A stretch of DNA of 64,000 nucleotides from contig CM068756.1 in assembly GCA_035084275.1 (NCBI GenBank), positions 4,650,001 through 4,714,000 on the forward strand. The letters are read 5' to 3'. Below the pieces are notes generated by a model, which searched no databases, had not been told where the DNA came from, and saw only the letters and a program-made list of their open reading frames with translations. Made by a program: the position numbers and the translations under genes. This document shows, in pieces, positions 11,545-23,775 of this stretch (the first letter of the stretch is position 1; every line of letters starts with the position of its first letter). Origin of the DNA: Hydrolagus colliei. Lineage: Eukaryota.

Positions 11545-12050
11545 CTGTACTGACTGCTCTATACTACTGTACTATAGTGACTGCTCTACACTGTACTGAC
11601 CACAGCTCTACACTGTACTGACCACAGCTCTACACTGTACTGTACTATAGTGACTGCTCTACACTGTACTGACCACAGCTCTACACTGTACTGACCACAG
11701 CTCTACACTGAACTGTACTATAGTGACTGCTCTATACTGTACTCACTGCCGTAATGTACTGACTGCAGCTCTGTACTGTACCCACTGCAGTTCTATACTA
11801 TACTGTACTGTCTGCTCTATACTGTGCCTCACTGTAGTGATTGCTCTATATTATACTGTACGCTCTGCTCTATACTATACTGCACTCTCTGCACTGTCTG
11901 TACAGCTGATCTATACTATACTGTTCTCAGTGCACTCACTGTCTGTTCAATTACTCTGTACAGTACTATACTACACTCCCTGCAATGCCTGTACAGCTGC
12001 TCTGTACTATACAATATTGCACCCTCTGCATTGCACAGCTGCTCTGTACT
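11545..12050. repeat. Minisatellite with a 22-bp unit (ctgtactgaccacagctctaca) and 73-bp higher-order period, decaying into cryptic CTGTA/CTATA repeats
   Basis: actatagtga recurs at 11571, 11644 and 11717. Confidence 0.85.
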
Positions 12051-12088
12051 GAAAGGCACTCTATAAATGTAGTTTTGTTGTTGTTGTT

Positions 12089-12490
12089 AAACTCATTCAG
12101 AATTCTGCAGCTCGTGTACTCTCCCGCACCAGGCTCCGCGACCACATCACTCACACCCTCGCCCGTCTCCACTGGCTCCCCATCCCCCAGAGGATCCAAT
12201 TCAAGATCCTCGTCCTCATTTTCAAAGCCATTCACGACCTTGCCCCCGCCTATCTCTCTGACCTACTGTCTCCCTATCAACCTGCTCACATCCCCTGTTC
12301 AGCAGACTCAGGCCTGCTCCGCGTCCACCGCCCTAACCGCCCAACCATCGGTGGTCGGGCTTTCAGCCTCTCTGCTCCCACACTGTGGAAGTCCATCCCG
12401 CAATCCCTCCACCTTGTTTCCTCCCTTTCCTCCTTCAAGGCCGGTCTCAAGACCTTCCTCTTTGATCATGACTTTGGCTGCCTCCCTAAG
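12089..12490 (+). mobile_element. L2 LINE ORF2 C-terminal fragment, 5'-truncated
   Basis: Open frame LIQNSAARVLSRTRLRDHITHTLARLHWLPIPQRIQFKILVLIFKAIHDLAPAYLSDLL...GGRAFSLSAPTLWKSIP...FKAGLKTFLF, the typical L2 post-RT region. Confidence 0.9.
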
Positions 12491-14547
12491 TCTTTCCACT
12501 CTCCTTCCCTTTCCCCTTACCCCCCACTCTCTCCCCCCCCCCCCCCCCCCCCCCGCTCAGGTCGTGACCTGTATTAGAGGGGAGATAAATGTGTGCGTGT
12601 GCAAGGGAAGGGTCAGTCAAGTTGCGTCGCTGTCAGCTCTCACTCATCAAGATTGGAGCTTGTTTGTTTTTCTCTCTTCTGTCAACTCAGGCTCCTGGCA
12701 CCTCTCTCAGCAGTGACTTTCGTCCTGGTTCACAGAATCGCCTTCCTGCTGATGTGCGCCACTCTCACATGTGAGCACGCTTCCATGGCCTGAATGAGTC
12801 TGTAATCTGCCCCACCGTCTGTGGTTGTAAATCTCCAGCCCATTTCCTCCGTCTTGACAGTTTTCTTTAAATTGCATCTCACTGTATGTTCGAATGGGTT
12901 TGCAATACATCTTAATCTTTCTGATCAGAAATCTCACTCCGAATACTGTGCCAAAGTTGACAGCTATAGAATTGACCACCATACAGCATACTGCATCGAT
13001 TGCCAAGTGTAAGGCTTGGCAGATGACTTGGAACATATTCATATTGCAAAAAATGTTTTGTACAAAAGTTGCTTGAAGTCTCATCCATAAATAAGGAATG
13101 AATGAATCAATAGTGAAATACACCATGTTGAGTGCAATGTGTTGAAGCACCAATGGTGGTGGGATGCAGGTTTCACTTACACTGCTTCAGGCTTTTCTCA
13201 GTCAGCGCTAGACAGACAGGGGACTGGGAGCAAGTCACCTTCCTCCAGATGCTTAAGATACTTGATATTGGGAGTATAACAGCATAAAGTTATGACCTAA
13301 ATCTCTCTTTTGCCAATTTCTTTTTCACTTTCACACATGTCAGATGACAGTGTGCAATGCATTACAAGATAACAGATATTTGGGAGTGAGTTACATGCTC
13401 TGTTGCCTTCCAGGCCCCCAGAGGATAGATTTTTAAGATTTCCATCTGAACCTTCAAATCTCTTATTGCCATTACTCCATTCCTAGGTCATCCCACTTCA
13501 CCCCAATCCCTGTTTTTCACCTTGCTCAGGTTTCCACACCATTTCTGTAAGCCCCTAAGAGTAAGCAGCAGCATAAGTTCTAGTTGTTGGATTGAAAATA
13601 TTGCTGTGCAAGTAAAATATTCACGCATCTATGTATAATTATTAATACTATATTACTTAACAATTCTCCTAAAATGTAGAAATGGTTCACATGTGTTTAT
13701 ATCCACAACGAGAGAAGCATTTCCAAATACAAGGATTATTATTATTATTAGTTGCATAGCTCACATGTGCTTTTGTATTCCATATAGATGATCATAGAAC
13801 ATCTGGAATACCCACAACAGGGAAATTACACAAAGCATTCATTGTGATGCCTGAGGAGGAGAAGGAAGACACACTGATATAGGCAGCAGCACCTGAGGGC
13901 TGGAACTCTGCAGTGTTTGAACCGGACGAGAGGGTGGGGGGGACTGAGAGGAAGCAGTCTGAGCACCATCGACAAGGTCAAAGAGACAGACAAAAACATT
14001 CTTGTTGAACCAGACCTTCAACCATAAAGGTTAGAGGTTTCCATATCAGTGCTCTCAATTCCCCTGGGATAGAAGCGAACCCCACCCCAAGAAGATACAC
14101 AAAAATCTAGCAGAGTATAAAGAGGTAATGGCTGTATGACATCTTGAACTATATGCACACCAGCATGTAACCCATCTGGGGTCAGTTTGCTAAGCAGATT
14201 GTATCACTGATTCATCTCGTTCTTCCCTGACCAAACAATAATGCTTTGGGATGAAGCTAGCATATACATGTTAATCGAAAAGACAGACGGGGATTTTTTT
14301 TTCAACATTTAAATTCACTTTATCATTGATGACAGTAAAATCGCTGTCATAAATTTGTTTTTGACATTGCGCGCCACATTTCAAAAGAATTTTGCAACGC
14401 TTGAAAATAAAAAATATCATGTGTTGCATATTCTGTAGTGTAGCATATGCACAATGTGCATCCGATACTGTTTTAGCACCTGCTTAAATCGGACTCCATC
14501 ACAAGCATACCTGGCTATTGTATAACCCTCTGCAAAAAGTGAGCATA

Positions 14548-14705
14548 ATAATATAAATAATCCTTGGATTATAGTGCTTTATCACGTCTTCAATTTGTCT
14601 CAAAGCACTTCACAGAATATACTGTAAAGTTTAGTGACTGTAATTTGTGGGCAAAATGCGGCAGCCCATTGCACACAGCAGTGTTTCACAAACAGTCGTG
14701 GATGA
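14548..14705 (-). mobile_element. SINE 3' portion
   Basis: ataatccttggattatagtgctttatcacgtc...ctcaaagcacttcacagaatatactgtaaagt is the reverse of the shared tail. Confidence 0.7.
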
Positions 14706-15884
14706 CAGTGAGTGTAATATATTTACAGGCATGGAGTCAGATAAACATCTCTGAATGAGTAAAGTCAGACAGTGTCACGCCTGCGGACTTTTTAACAACA
14801 GCATTTCAGCTGGTGCACGCAATGTACACTTGTATCCATTAGCACTGGCTTGTACATTCCACCATTCACTTTGCCCATTATACACAATGCCTTCAGATAT
14901 TTCGGGAACAGCCCTCTTCGTGGAAACTCAACGTTACATCTCAAGAGACTGGAGGCACTGGGTGGCTCCTTCATCTACTGCCAGCTGATCTCATGCACTA
15001 AAAGGCCCACACTGGTGGTCTTACAGAACCATTTTATTTTGGCCAGTTTATCTTTGGTTCACTTTTTGAAGTTGGTTAAATGTTTTGGGGAATTGCTTCC
15101 AGTCCCATTTTTTCCCTTTTAGTGGCATTGAGGAGTTTGGCAGTTCATTTTGTTTTTATTATCCATGTTCATCAAGGTGAATGTTACAGCGCTGGAGCAA
15201 ATAGGGGCTTTTCTACGACCTTGTCTCTCCAGCCTTCAGTAGAATCTAAACCTCCTTCCCTTTTTTTGTGATCTGCTTTTAATGGAGCCACAGCACAGCT
15301 GAATGAATACAAAACTAGTTAGCGGCAGAATAAAAGCAGGTTGCCACTCTCCAACCTCAGTCTCTTACCACCCTGAAGATCAATCAAATCTACCATGCTG
15401 GAAGCAATAGCAATAAGCCTGATAAGGCTTTCCTATGTTACAGCAACTTTAAAATGTTCCTTTGGATAAAATTGGCCTGTTATTTCAATCCCTTACACCT
15501 GTATGGAGACAAGCTCTATTTTCCTTTCTTCCTGCTGAATGCCCTATTTATAATTGAAAGGGACCTTGAATTTCCTATTGAATCCAATGCTCTTGTACCT
15601 GACAGGTGAATACCACCTGTTTATAATACTGTATGTTCAATATTCAGATCTGGTAGAGAGGAGAAAGCTCAGCTGCCACTTCCTCCACCTGTTCTGTGTA
15701 TCTAATGACTGTTTCACAGCTTCACACTGCACCGCTCGCTCTACCTGGCCTCTTGTACTATTCACTGCTCTGGCCTCATTGATGCTGCTGCTAATATCAA
15801 ATACCACATTTTACTCCCCTGTTGTGTTTGTGATTCCTGGCTAAATGCAGGAGTTTTTGATGTTGACTACTGTCGAGGAAATGA

Positions 15885-16245
15885 TAATGATGATAATCCT
15901 TGCATTTGATAAGGCCCCTTATAACATCGCCGAAATGTCTCATGAAAGAGTTTCACAGGATACACTGTAAAGACTGTGTATGTTGTGGGAGATCGTGGTT
16001 GCCAATTTGCACCTAGCAATGTCCCCATGGTGGGAGGGACCGATTTTATCTAGGGGATTTGTTGACCAGAAAACCGACAGAAACTCTCTTCTCTTTTCGA
16101 ATGGTGCCATTGATCTTTAACATCCACTTGAACAGGCAAGGAAGAGTTTTAGTTTAATATCTCTTTAATATCCAAAAGGCGTACCTCCGATAATGCAACA
16201 CCCTCACCCCCCAGCACTGCACTGAAATGTCAGCTTAGACTATGC
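15885..16245 (-). mobile_element. Deu-domain SINE with L2-type tail
   Basis: Reverse tail ataatccttgcatttgata, then gtgccattgatctttaacatccac...ccaaaaggcgtacctccgataatgcaacaccctc...gcactgcactgaaatgtcagc. Confidence 0.75.
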
Positions 16246-16834
16246 AATTCCAAGATTTCCTTAACAAAATTTTTGTTGTCATCACGTGGAGTGAGAAACA
16301 TTGGTGGGTGAGCCCTATATTATTCTGTGCTGGCATTGTCTCAGAAGAGACAGATGGTATATTTACCAAACCAGAGGAGAAGCACCCCTTTAATCTCTGT
16401 GTCAAGCAATCATTGGGAGGTTCACTTAGGGCTATATGCAGAGTAAATCTTTCTCCAACAACATAAAGTGCTGTTATGTAGAACCCTGATGTCAATAGGA
16501 CAACTTTACCTATCAAACCAAGGAAATAAGTCAAGTTATTTGATTCACTGCTACTAGGTACCACTGTGCACCACCCAATTTATCATGTGCTCACAGTGGG
16601 TTTTCACATTACTCTGGTCACCAGGGAGGAAATAGCTTTCCATAGCACAGGACAGTTACACATTCCATTTCCTTCCTGGTCACAGGACAGACACAAATGA
16701 GCTTATGCAGAGACTGACAGCAAAACCATTAGAAATCCCTGAGCCATTAAGCATAGAAGTTTTCTTTTTATTCTATTAGTTTTGGGCAAAAGCATGGTAA
16801 ATCACTGTAGTTCACCTACAGAAATATATAGTTG

Positions 16835-16945
16835 CTGCACTTCACAGTAAATCCTATGAAGTACAGTACTTTACTTTGAAATGCCTGCTGATCCGAAGAG
16901 CCCTATATGAAATGCAAGGATAACATTATTAATAATAATAATAAA
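16835..16945 (+). mobile_element. SINE 3' tail fragment
   Basis: cacttcacagtaaatcctatgaag...ctatatgaaatgcaagga followed by (AAT)n. Confidence 0.5.
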
Positions 16946-17314
16946 CACCACTTATAAATAATTCTGAGATGCAGTGTGTCTGAAGCTCGTTCCCTCTCTA
17001 ACGTTCAATAAACTTTACATATCGTTGCTAATAATGCAGGAATGGCGCATAAAATTCATGTCGTCTAGAGATTATCCTTCCCTTCAGAGAAGTATCAGGG
17101 AAAGGTCCAACAAGAGAAAAAGCCAAAATTTCCCTGGGTGCTCACAGGTTTAATAAGGGTTAGTAAAGTGCCAACTTCTATGCAGGAAAAACAAGTCTAA
17201 TTGTCTGTCGAAATTTTGTTGTTTAATAATTTATGGGACTTGGTGCCTGCGCATTAATGTAAAATGCCCAGTTACATTGATTCATGGACACTAACAAGAG
17301 AGCCAGCTTTGTGG

Positions 17315-17486
17315 GAGACAAAAACTGAAGTTGCTGGGAAAACTGAAGTTGCTACGACCCTTCAGGTCAGACCCGAAATGTTGACTCACTTTCCTTTCTC
17401 CATGGATGCCTGACCTGCTGGGTTTTCCCAGCAACTTCCGTTTTTGTTTCAAATTTTCAGCATCTATAGTATTTTGTGTTTTGTTT
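17315..17486. mobile_element. Palindromic interspersed repeat, probably Penelope-like derived
   Basis: Arms 17315-17343 and 17422-17450 are reverse complements (27/29). gacccgaaatgttgactc...gatgcctgacctgctgggttttcccagca resembles abundant chondrichthyan repeats. Confidence 0.6.
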
Positions 17487-18879
17487 CTGCGAGAGCTTCC
17501 TTTATAGCAGGCTGGAGTGAAGGTTAGATTAGCCTTTAGTGTATTCTCTGAACTCTAGGGAAGAGGAACACGCCTGCACAGGGACATAATCTATACTTTC
17601 CAATGTGACTTTGTCTCTGCCAATTGAAATCAAGGTAGAACCAATGGTTATCTCGCTGTTGTTCCTATTAGAGCTATCTATCTGTCTATTTACGGAATCA
17701 ATCTACTCTGATATGCCTTCCCTTCCAGGTAACCCACCATTTATCCTTTGAAGATTATTTGGGGGAATGGGCCTTTCAGCAATGATAGACCTATAATTGA
17801 AATAGGGCCAATTCCCATTGAGCATGATGAATACGGGCAAAGATTTTGCCTGAAGTATAAACACTTTCAATTTTCCTTCCCAGTTCCCTTGATTTCCCCA
17901 GGTCACAAACAACAAAGAGGCTACTGCTCTCAGTTCTCCGCAAATATTACACCAAGTCTACAGCTGCAAGATTATTGAAATAAGTATGTACACAAGATTA
18001 GCAGGAGTCCGTTTGGAAGATGTCATCACTTGCTACAGCCCTTGACCAGCAATGACTGAAAACTTACTACAGTAATAGGACAAATTCCTCTTATTCAAAG
18101 GTTTGATCATTGTAAATGGATTACAAAGGAGGTGTGAAAGTTACCTCAGCGTTTCCTGAGATAAATATTACAGATAATTAAAACAACAACCAAATCACAT
18201 TTGTGTATAAAAATGAAAAAACAACTATGGAAAATATGAAAAGTCATTGAAGCCAAAGTCGTAATTTTAACCCAATGATATTTTTGAGATGTTGTTGTGC
18301 ATTGTAAGATATTTAATTGACACTCAAAAAGTTAATCATTGACAGATATCTTTAATGTTTCACACTGTAAAACTTAATTGCCTGTACAGGTGTCATTTTT
18401 TATTGTCACGAACTGTGGAATTACTTTCACTACTGCAATTCAATGAAACATTGGCTCCAATGTTCATTCAGCTGCTTCTTATAATGTTTCCATGGTTCAT
18501 GAAGGAGCCACATTTGATTCGGAACCCAAACGTTGTGTGGCAGGGATTTTAATACATAATGATGCTATAAAAATAAGATGAAATGTTAAATTGCTCAGTG
18601 CTACATTTACTTTGGCTAAGATTGATTTCACACTTATTTTGTGCCAATGGAACAAATGTACTGCTTGATGAAGAATTAAGAGTAATGGCATTATAAATTT
18701 ATATTTTATTGCTGGTTCCAATAAAGAAATGTCTTTAAGATATAGATTTGTTTTCTTATGTGAGTACTATAGGTGACATGATGGAGCAATATACTAGGAA
18801 CAGTGCGTTGCATTGCTTACACAAGTTCCAATTGTCTTCTCATCTTGTGGTTGCATGTGATATTTCCAGACAATTATGC

Positions 18880-19166
18880 TGACAAGTTAAACTGCGGTCT
18901 TGTCTGCCTGGTCAGATGGACGCTGATGATCGCACAACACTGTTCAAAAAGAGAACAGAGTTTCTCCCTGTGTGCTGGCCAACAAAACCCCCAAATCAAA
19001 TTGATTACTCACTCCATGGCTGTTTATGGGACATTGCTGTGTACAACTGACTGTCACATTTTGCCCATAAAATATATGATCAGCCCGCTTTGCAGAATAT
19101 CCCGTGAAGCGCTTTGAGGCATCTCGATTATGTGATAAGGCTTTATATCAAATGCAATAATTATTA
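18880..19166 (+). mobile_element. Deu-domain SINE, 3' half
   Basis: gttaaactgcggtcttgtctgcc...gtgctggccaaca...gctgtttatgggacattgctgtg...gtgaagcgctttgag...tatatcaaatgcaataattatta. Confidence 0.75.
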
Positions 19167-20691
19167 TCAGTCTTCCCAGAGTGGCTCCAGAATGCTTAAA
19201 CTATCAAGTACAATTTTATAACCTCTCCTAGAGTTATTTATGTGGCATGTTAAGGTTTCAAAATGTTCTGACATTTTAACTTTAAATGTACATTGTGCCG
19301 TTGAGCTCCCGCTATCAATTTCGGTATTCAATGCCACCCAGGGTAAAAGTAAATTAGGTACCATTTTTCACAATGTTTCATCCCGTTTAAATTTCAAAGT
19401 ACTTTTTGAACTTATCAATACGCTTATAAGATTTAACTGCTAACCTTCAAAGCAGCATCAATGATGATTATAATGCTGGTTAGATAAACAATGACATTGG
19501 AGATGTGCCAAGCCAAACTGGAGCATGTGATGAGCGTGTTATAAATGCCTCCCATGTTTAGATAGCTCCCGTTACTCTATCAAGCTTTATAAAGATTCAG
19601 TTCCATTGGTTGGAAATATATCATCACCTTATCACCAGCACCTCATGCTTTATCCAGCATGCTGCTCTGTTTATCTAGTAAACTGTTCACAAAGTACAGT
19701 ACTTATATAAATGTTTTTTACTGCAGAACCAACATTTTCCTGTTTGAGCCATGCACAAAATGTATGTAGAGAGCTCTGATTGTGATGGTGAGAAGCTATA
19801 TTTTCCTTTCAGCGTATTTGATGCTGTGCTGCTCTGCTTGTGTTTCTGACTGATCCAAATGGTGTTTTGTGGGCCCAAATTCCTCTTAATTAAAAGAATA
19901 TGTGTAAAGCCACCGTTTTCTTATCTCCATCTTGTATGGTTTAATTCAGAGTTTTGGAATCTTCTATTTTCAGCCTCTCTCCAACCTCTCGCCCATGTCC
20001 TATTCTCCTGCACAGAGATGTTTGCAGTACAATAAGTTTTATTCTCAATTCGAAGCCACAGCATATTCACAAATCTATATTCTTGGTGTTGTTAATTATA
20101 GTATTACGTACGTACAGATTGCCGGTGTGAAATGGGTTAAAAAATTTGCAAGGGTAAAAAAGGAAGATTATCTCCTATTAACGCACTTGAACACTCCTTC
20201 TACCATCTGTCATGTTAGCTGGATTGTATGAGAAAATGATCTGTGATTAGTAATGAGTTTCTGGCAGTCATTACAGGGTGGCTGCAGCTGTAATGTTACT
20301 GTTTACTTATTGCCTGATGCAACTTCGGTAATTCACTGAATCATTTACTACTTCGAAGGTCAAATTTGATAAAATAGTAAGGAATATCAGCTTCTGCACA
20401 GATGTTAAATGCTATGTGTAATGAATTATCAGTGCATTTTTCTGCGCTGAAATTAATCAACTCTTTCAGCAGATGGTGGGTTTTTTGTTTAAAAAGAACA
20501 TTAACAGAATATAATTAGGATGCGTATTTAGGAAACAATGGGAATAAAATACAGATGCATAGAATAGAATCCACTATCTATATAAACAGAAAACCACAAA
20601 ATGTTCCAAAATGTGCCTAAACATCTTCAACTTCTGTATTGCTTATAATTTTCCTGCATCCATAATGGGACTACTCAATCTTCGTACCTCC

Positions 20692-20750
20692 AACAACAAC
20701 AACAACTTTGATTTATATAGCGCCCTCCACGCCGGACGGCGTCTCAGGCT
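20692..20750 (-). mobile_element. L2-type 3' tail
   Basis: (CAA)n followed by atttatatagcgccctccacgccggacggcgtctc. Confidence 0.6.
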
Positions 20751-21024
20751 ACGGGTACATGTAAGGGTATTACTGAAAATTTATTGACAAAGCGAAATTG
20801 ATAAAGTAAAGTAATTTCAGAACTTCAAATGGAATCCAAACACGCATAAAGATTTTTTTCAAAAATTTATCTCTTCCTTTTGTCAGTTTACAAATATGCC
20901 ATTTTGGCATGAGGCACTATTCATTTTAAAATCTCTGTAAAGATTTTAGTAAGTATTGGGTAAGTGAGAGCACAGAATGGAACGAGCTGTCATTTGTATT
21001 CCGAGGTACTGGTAAAATAGTAAT

Positions 21025-21202
21025 TTTGTCACTCAATCCACGACTGTTTGTGGGATGTGGCTGTGTGCAATTCGCTATCGAGTTTCACCAACAAAAAAAC
21101 AAAGGCAATTCACTTTACACCATATCTAGTGAAGCGCTTTGAGACATCTCAAAGACACGATTGGGCACTATATAAAATGCAATAATTATTTTTCTTATTA
21201 TT
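21025..21202 (+). mobile_element. SINE 3' portion
   Basis: cactcaatccacgactgtttgtggga...gtgaagcgctttgagacatct...cactatataaaatgcaataattatt. Confidence 0.7.
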
Positions 21203-21749
21203 GGAGCTGTAAAGTCAAACTACATTTTTAAATCAGCACAAATGCCCTGTTCACACACGCATATGTCATGCGTCTGTGCTGAGAAACATTCTTTATTCAA
21301 GATGCTGCACAACACAAAACACCTCTGCCACAGGCTTCCATCATATTACATTGCATCTGCAGTGGGAAGTGTATTGAAATAAGTTTGGTTGATTGACCAA
21401 TTTTTCTGGCAGAGCTCACAGGAAGCCTACCTGAGATCAGACACACACCCAAAATGTTGCACATGATCCCACATTTTACCATTCCAGATGAAAGTATTAA
21501 TTACATCACGTTGCTGCACCACTGAATCATCCAGAAGTCACTGCCCTATTTCTCAATATTTGTTATCGCGATCCAGTGAATGAGATACTGCCTTGCTGAC
21601 AATAGGAATTTAACTTAAGGCATTGCAAAATTAAAAATCCAGCTGGTATTTGGCATTAAGACTTTTTAATCCTAATCTATTTGTTATTATTTATATTAAT
21701 TATATTTATTGTTTATTTTTATTATCTAAAAGTCCCATTTATCAGCCTG

Positions 21750-22057
21750 CCCAATGTCCCCCGCCCCACCCATCCCACCATTGATGGGCAAGAGTCACTC
21801 TGTCAGTCACTCTGCCTCCAACCTCTGGAACTCCATCGCGCAGTCCCTCTGCCTCGCCCCCTCTCTGGTCTCCTTCACGTCCCGCCTCAAGACCCTCCTC
21901 TTCGACAGTCCCAACAGTCACCCCAAATCCCTCCCTTTCTCTCTACCCTGACCTCAGCATGCATCTGAAACAATGACTGTCCAACACCTTGGGATGTCCT
22001 CCTGACGTGAAAAGCGCTATACAAGTGTAATTTTGTTGTTGTTGTTGTTATTATTAT
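21750..22057 (+). mobile_element. L2 LINE 3' end: ORF2 terminus, 3' UTR and (GTT)n tail
   Basis: SASNLWNSIAQSLCLAPSLVSFTSRLKTLLFD, then gacgtgaaaagcgctatacaagtgtaattttgttgttg. Confidence 0.85.
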
Positions 22058-23554
22058 CTCCCAATCACAGAGTGTCAGTGGGGATGAGAGCACTCGGAGC
22101 CTAAGCCTAAATTATTTTACATTGTAATTAAAAATCTGTGAAGATTTAATGAACTGGTGGCTGAGACTCAGTGCGGTGAATGGCCTCTTCCTGTTTTCCT
22201 ATGTCCCTATTGCCTCCTGCTTCTCAATTTTTTTTGGTTGTTCCTCTCCTTTTGTCACGACTGAAACCTGATCCTCACAGAGTGGAAGAACCCAACCAAA
22301 TTGTTCGCATTGCATTGGGTAGTGGTGGGGAGGAGGAGGAGGGCAGGAAGGGTAGGCTGGCAAGATACATATTTGATTTGTTGCAACCTGACCCAAGTTG
22401 CAACTCAGGGGAATTTCTGCCAGATCTTTACCAATAGAACTCACCACAATACAACCAAAACAACACCTGTTATAATGCATATAGAACAAAAAACAGACAA
22501 TTGCACATTCAGTTACAAACAAGTTAGTGTTAAGAAAAAGAGGTGGACATCATTATATCTGAGGCTGTCTTCAAAATCCAACATCGTTAAAAGTCCATTT
22601 GTAGCGACATTGTATTATCTAAGGAAAACTGATTACTTTATAGCAAAAAAAATCCTCTCTCTGTTAACCCTTAGGACAGCAACACACTTTTATGTAGTCA
22701 GCTGGTCAACAGTCAAATTATAATTTAAACACTCCATGTACTAAATTTAATTTTTGACTGTTTTGGAAATACACTGTTTTCATGGCATTAACTACAATTA
22801 ATTAGCGTGCATTTTTAGCAGTTGTAGAGCAAAACACAATGTACAGTAATGTTCGCCCCAGAGGATACTATCCAGAGGCTGACTGAGAATGGAAGTGGTG
22901 GGCGGAAGAATTAAATGATGTGAAGTTTCCTTCATATAAAAACGGTTTCTCGACTTCAGTGACAACTCCTCACCTCCATGCATTGTCTTATTGTTAAAAG
23001 TGCAAAGGATTTCAGACAATAACACTGGTGACTCATCATTCAGCTGACAGGAAGTACACTCATCATCAGACAGGGTGAACAATATTTCCTCTTGTCAAAA
23101 CATTCTCAGAAAGTGATATGATTTTCTGGAAAAAAAAAGTGATTTGCATTAAAAAAAATTACTTCAAACACAGGCTAATTTCACTCAGCACCATTTTATC
23201 CCAAATTTATCTTGCCAAACTCAACTGTGTCCCCTGTTACTAGAAATTTAATAATGATAATAATCATAGTTGAAACTCGAGGAACAGACGAGGTTCTGGA
23301 CAGACATAATAGATATTATCCAAGAGTTTAATGACTTTATTTTTAAGATTGTTTCATTAATTCAAAGTCCACAGGTTCCATGTACTGGGTTAGAAGAAAA
23401 GCATTTTCAAAGCATATTAAAGCATTGATTATGTAAAAAAAAACCTGATTAATATAACCTGAAATAAAACAAATTGTAAACGTAAAGATTTAAATACTAG
23501 ATTTATATAAGATCCAGAGAATGATTTAAATATAGTACCTGCAATATTAAAGCC

Positions 23555-23775
23555 AGTGTCTAGGGGCTATAGTTATAAGATAGGTGGAAGAAGAGCAAAA
23601 GTAGAACTTTTTTTCACACCATGAGTTGTTGGGACAGGGAATGCCCTCACAAATATGGTGATAGCATCAGTGTCTATTGTGGGTTTCAAGGGAAAGTAGT
23701 CAGATATATGAAGGATGGGCAGAGCAATGGGATTAAATAAACACATTATCATATGTACATTTCTATGATTCTATT
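23555..23775 (+). mobile_element. CR1 LINE 3' end fragment
   Basis: taggggctatagttataagata...ttttcacac...gagttgtt...ggaatgccct...tttcaaggga...agatatatg, ending in tttctatgattcta (CR1 ATTCTRTG-type tail). Confidence 0.7.

Noticed and set aside
10810-11553. 247-aa, 185-aa and other overlapping ORFs in the CpG island
   Set aside because: Low-complexity Gly/Pro/Glu/Arg translations of homopolymers and triplet repeats in GC-rich DNA. The real coding signal is the 40-nt ZFPM1 exon on the minus strand.
11571-11740. Regularly spaced repeats superficially like a CRISPR array
   Set aside because: There are no unique spacers and no cas genes, and the context is eukaryotic. It is a minisatellite.
11723-12716. 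Cys/Tyr-rich and Ser/Pro-rich plus-strand ORFs (109 aa, 243 aa)
   Set aside because: Translations of the minisatellite and of an off-frame L2 fragment.
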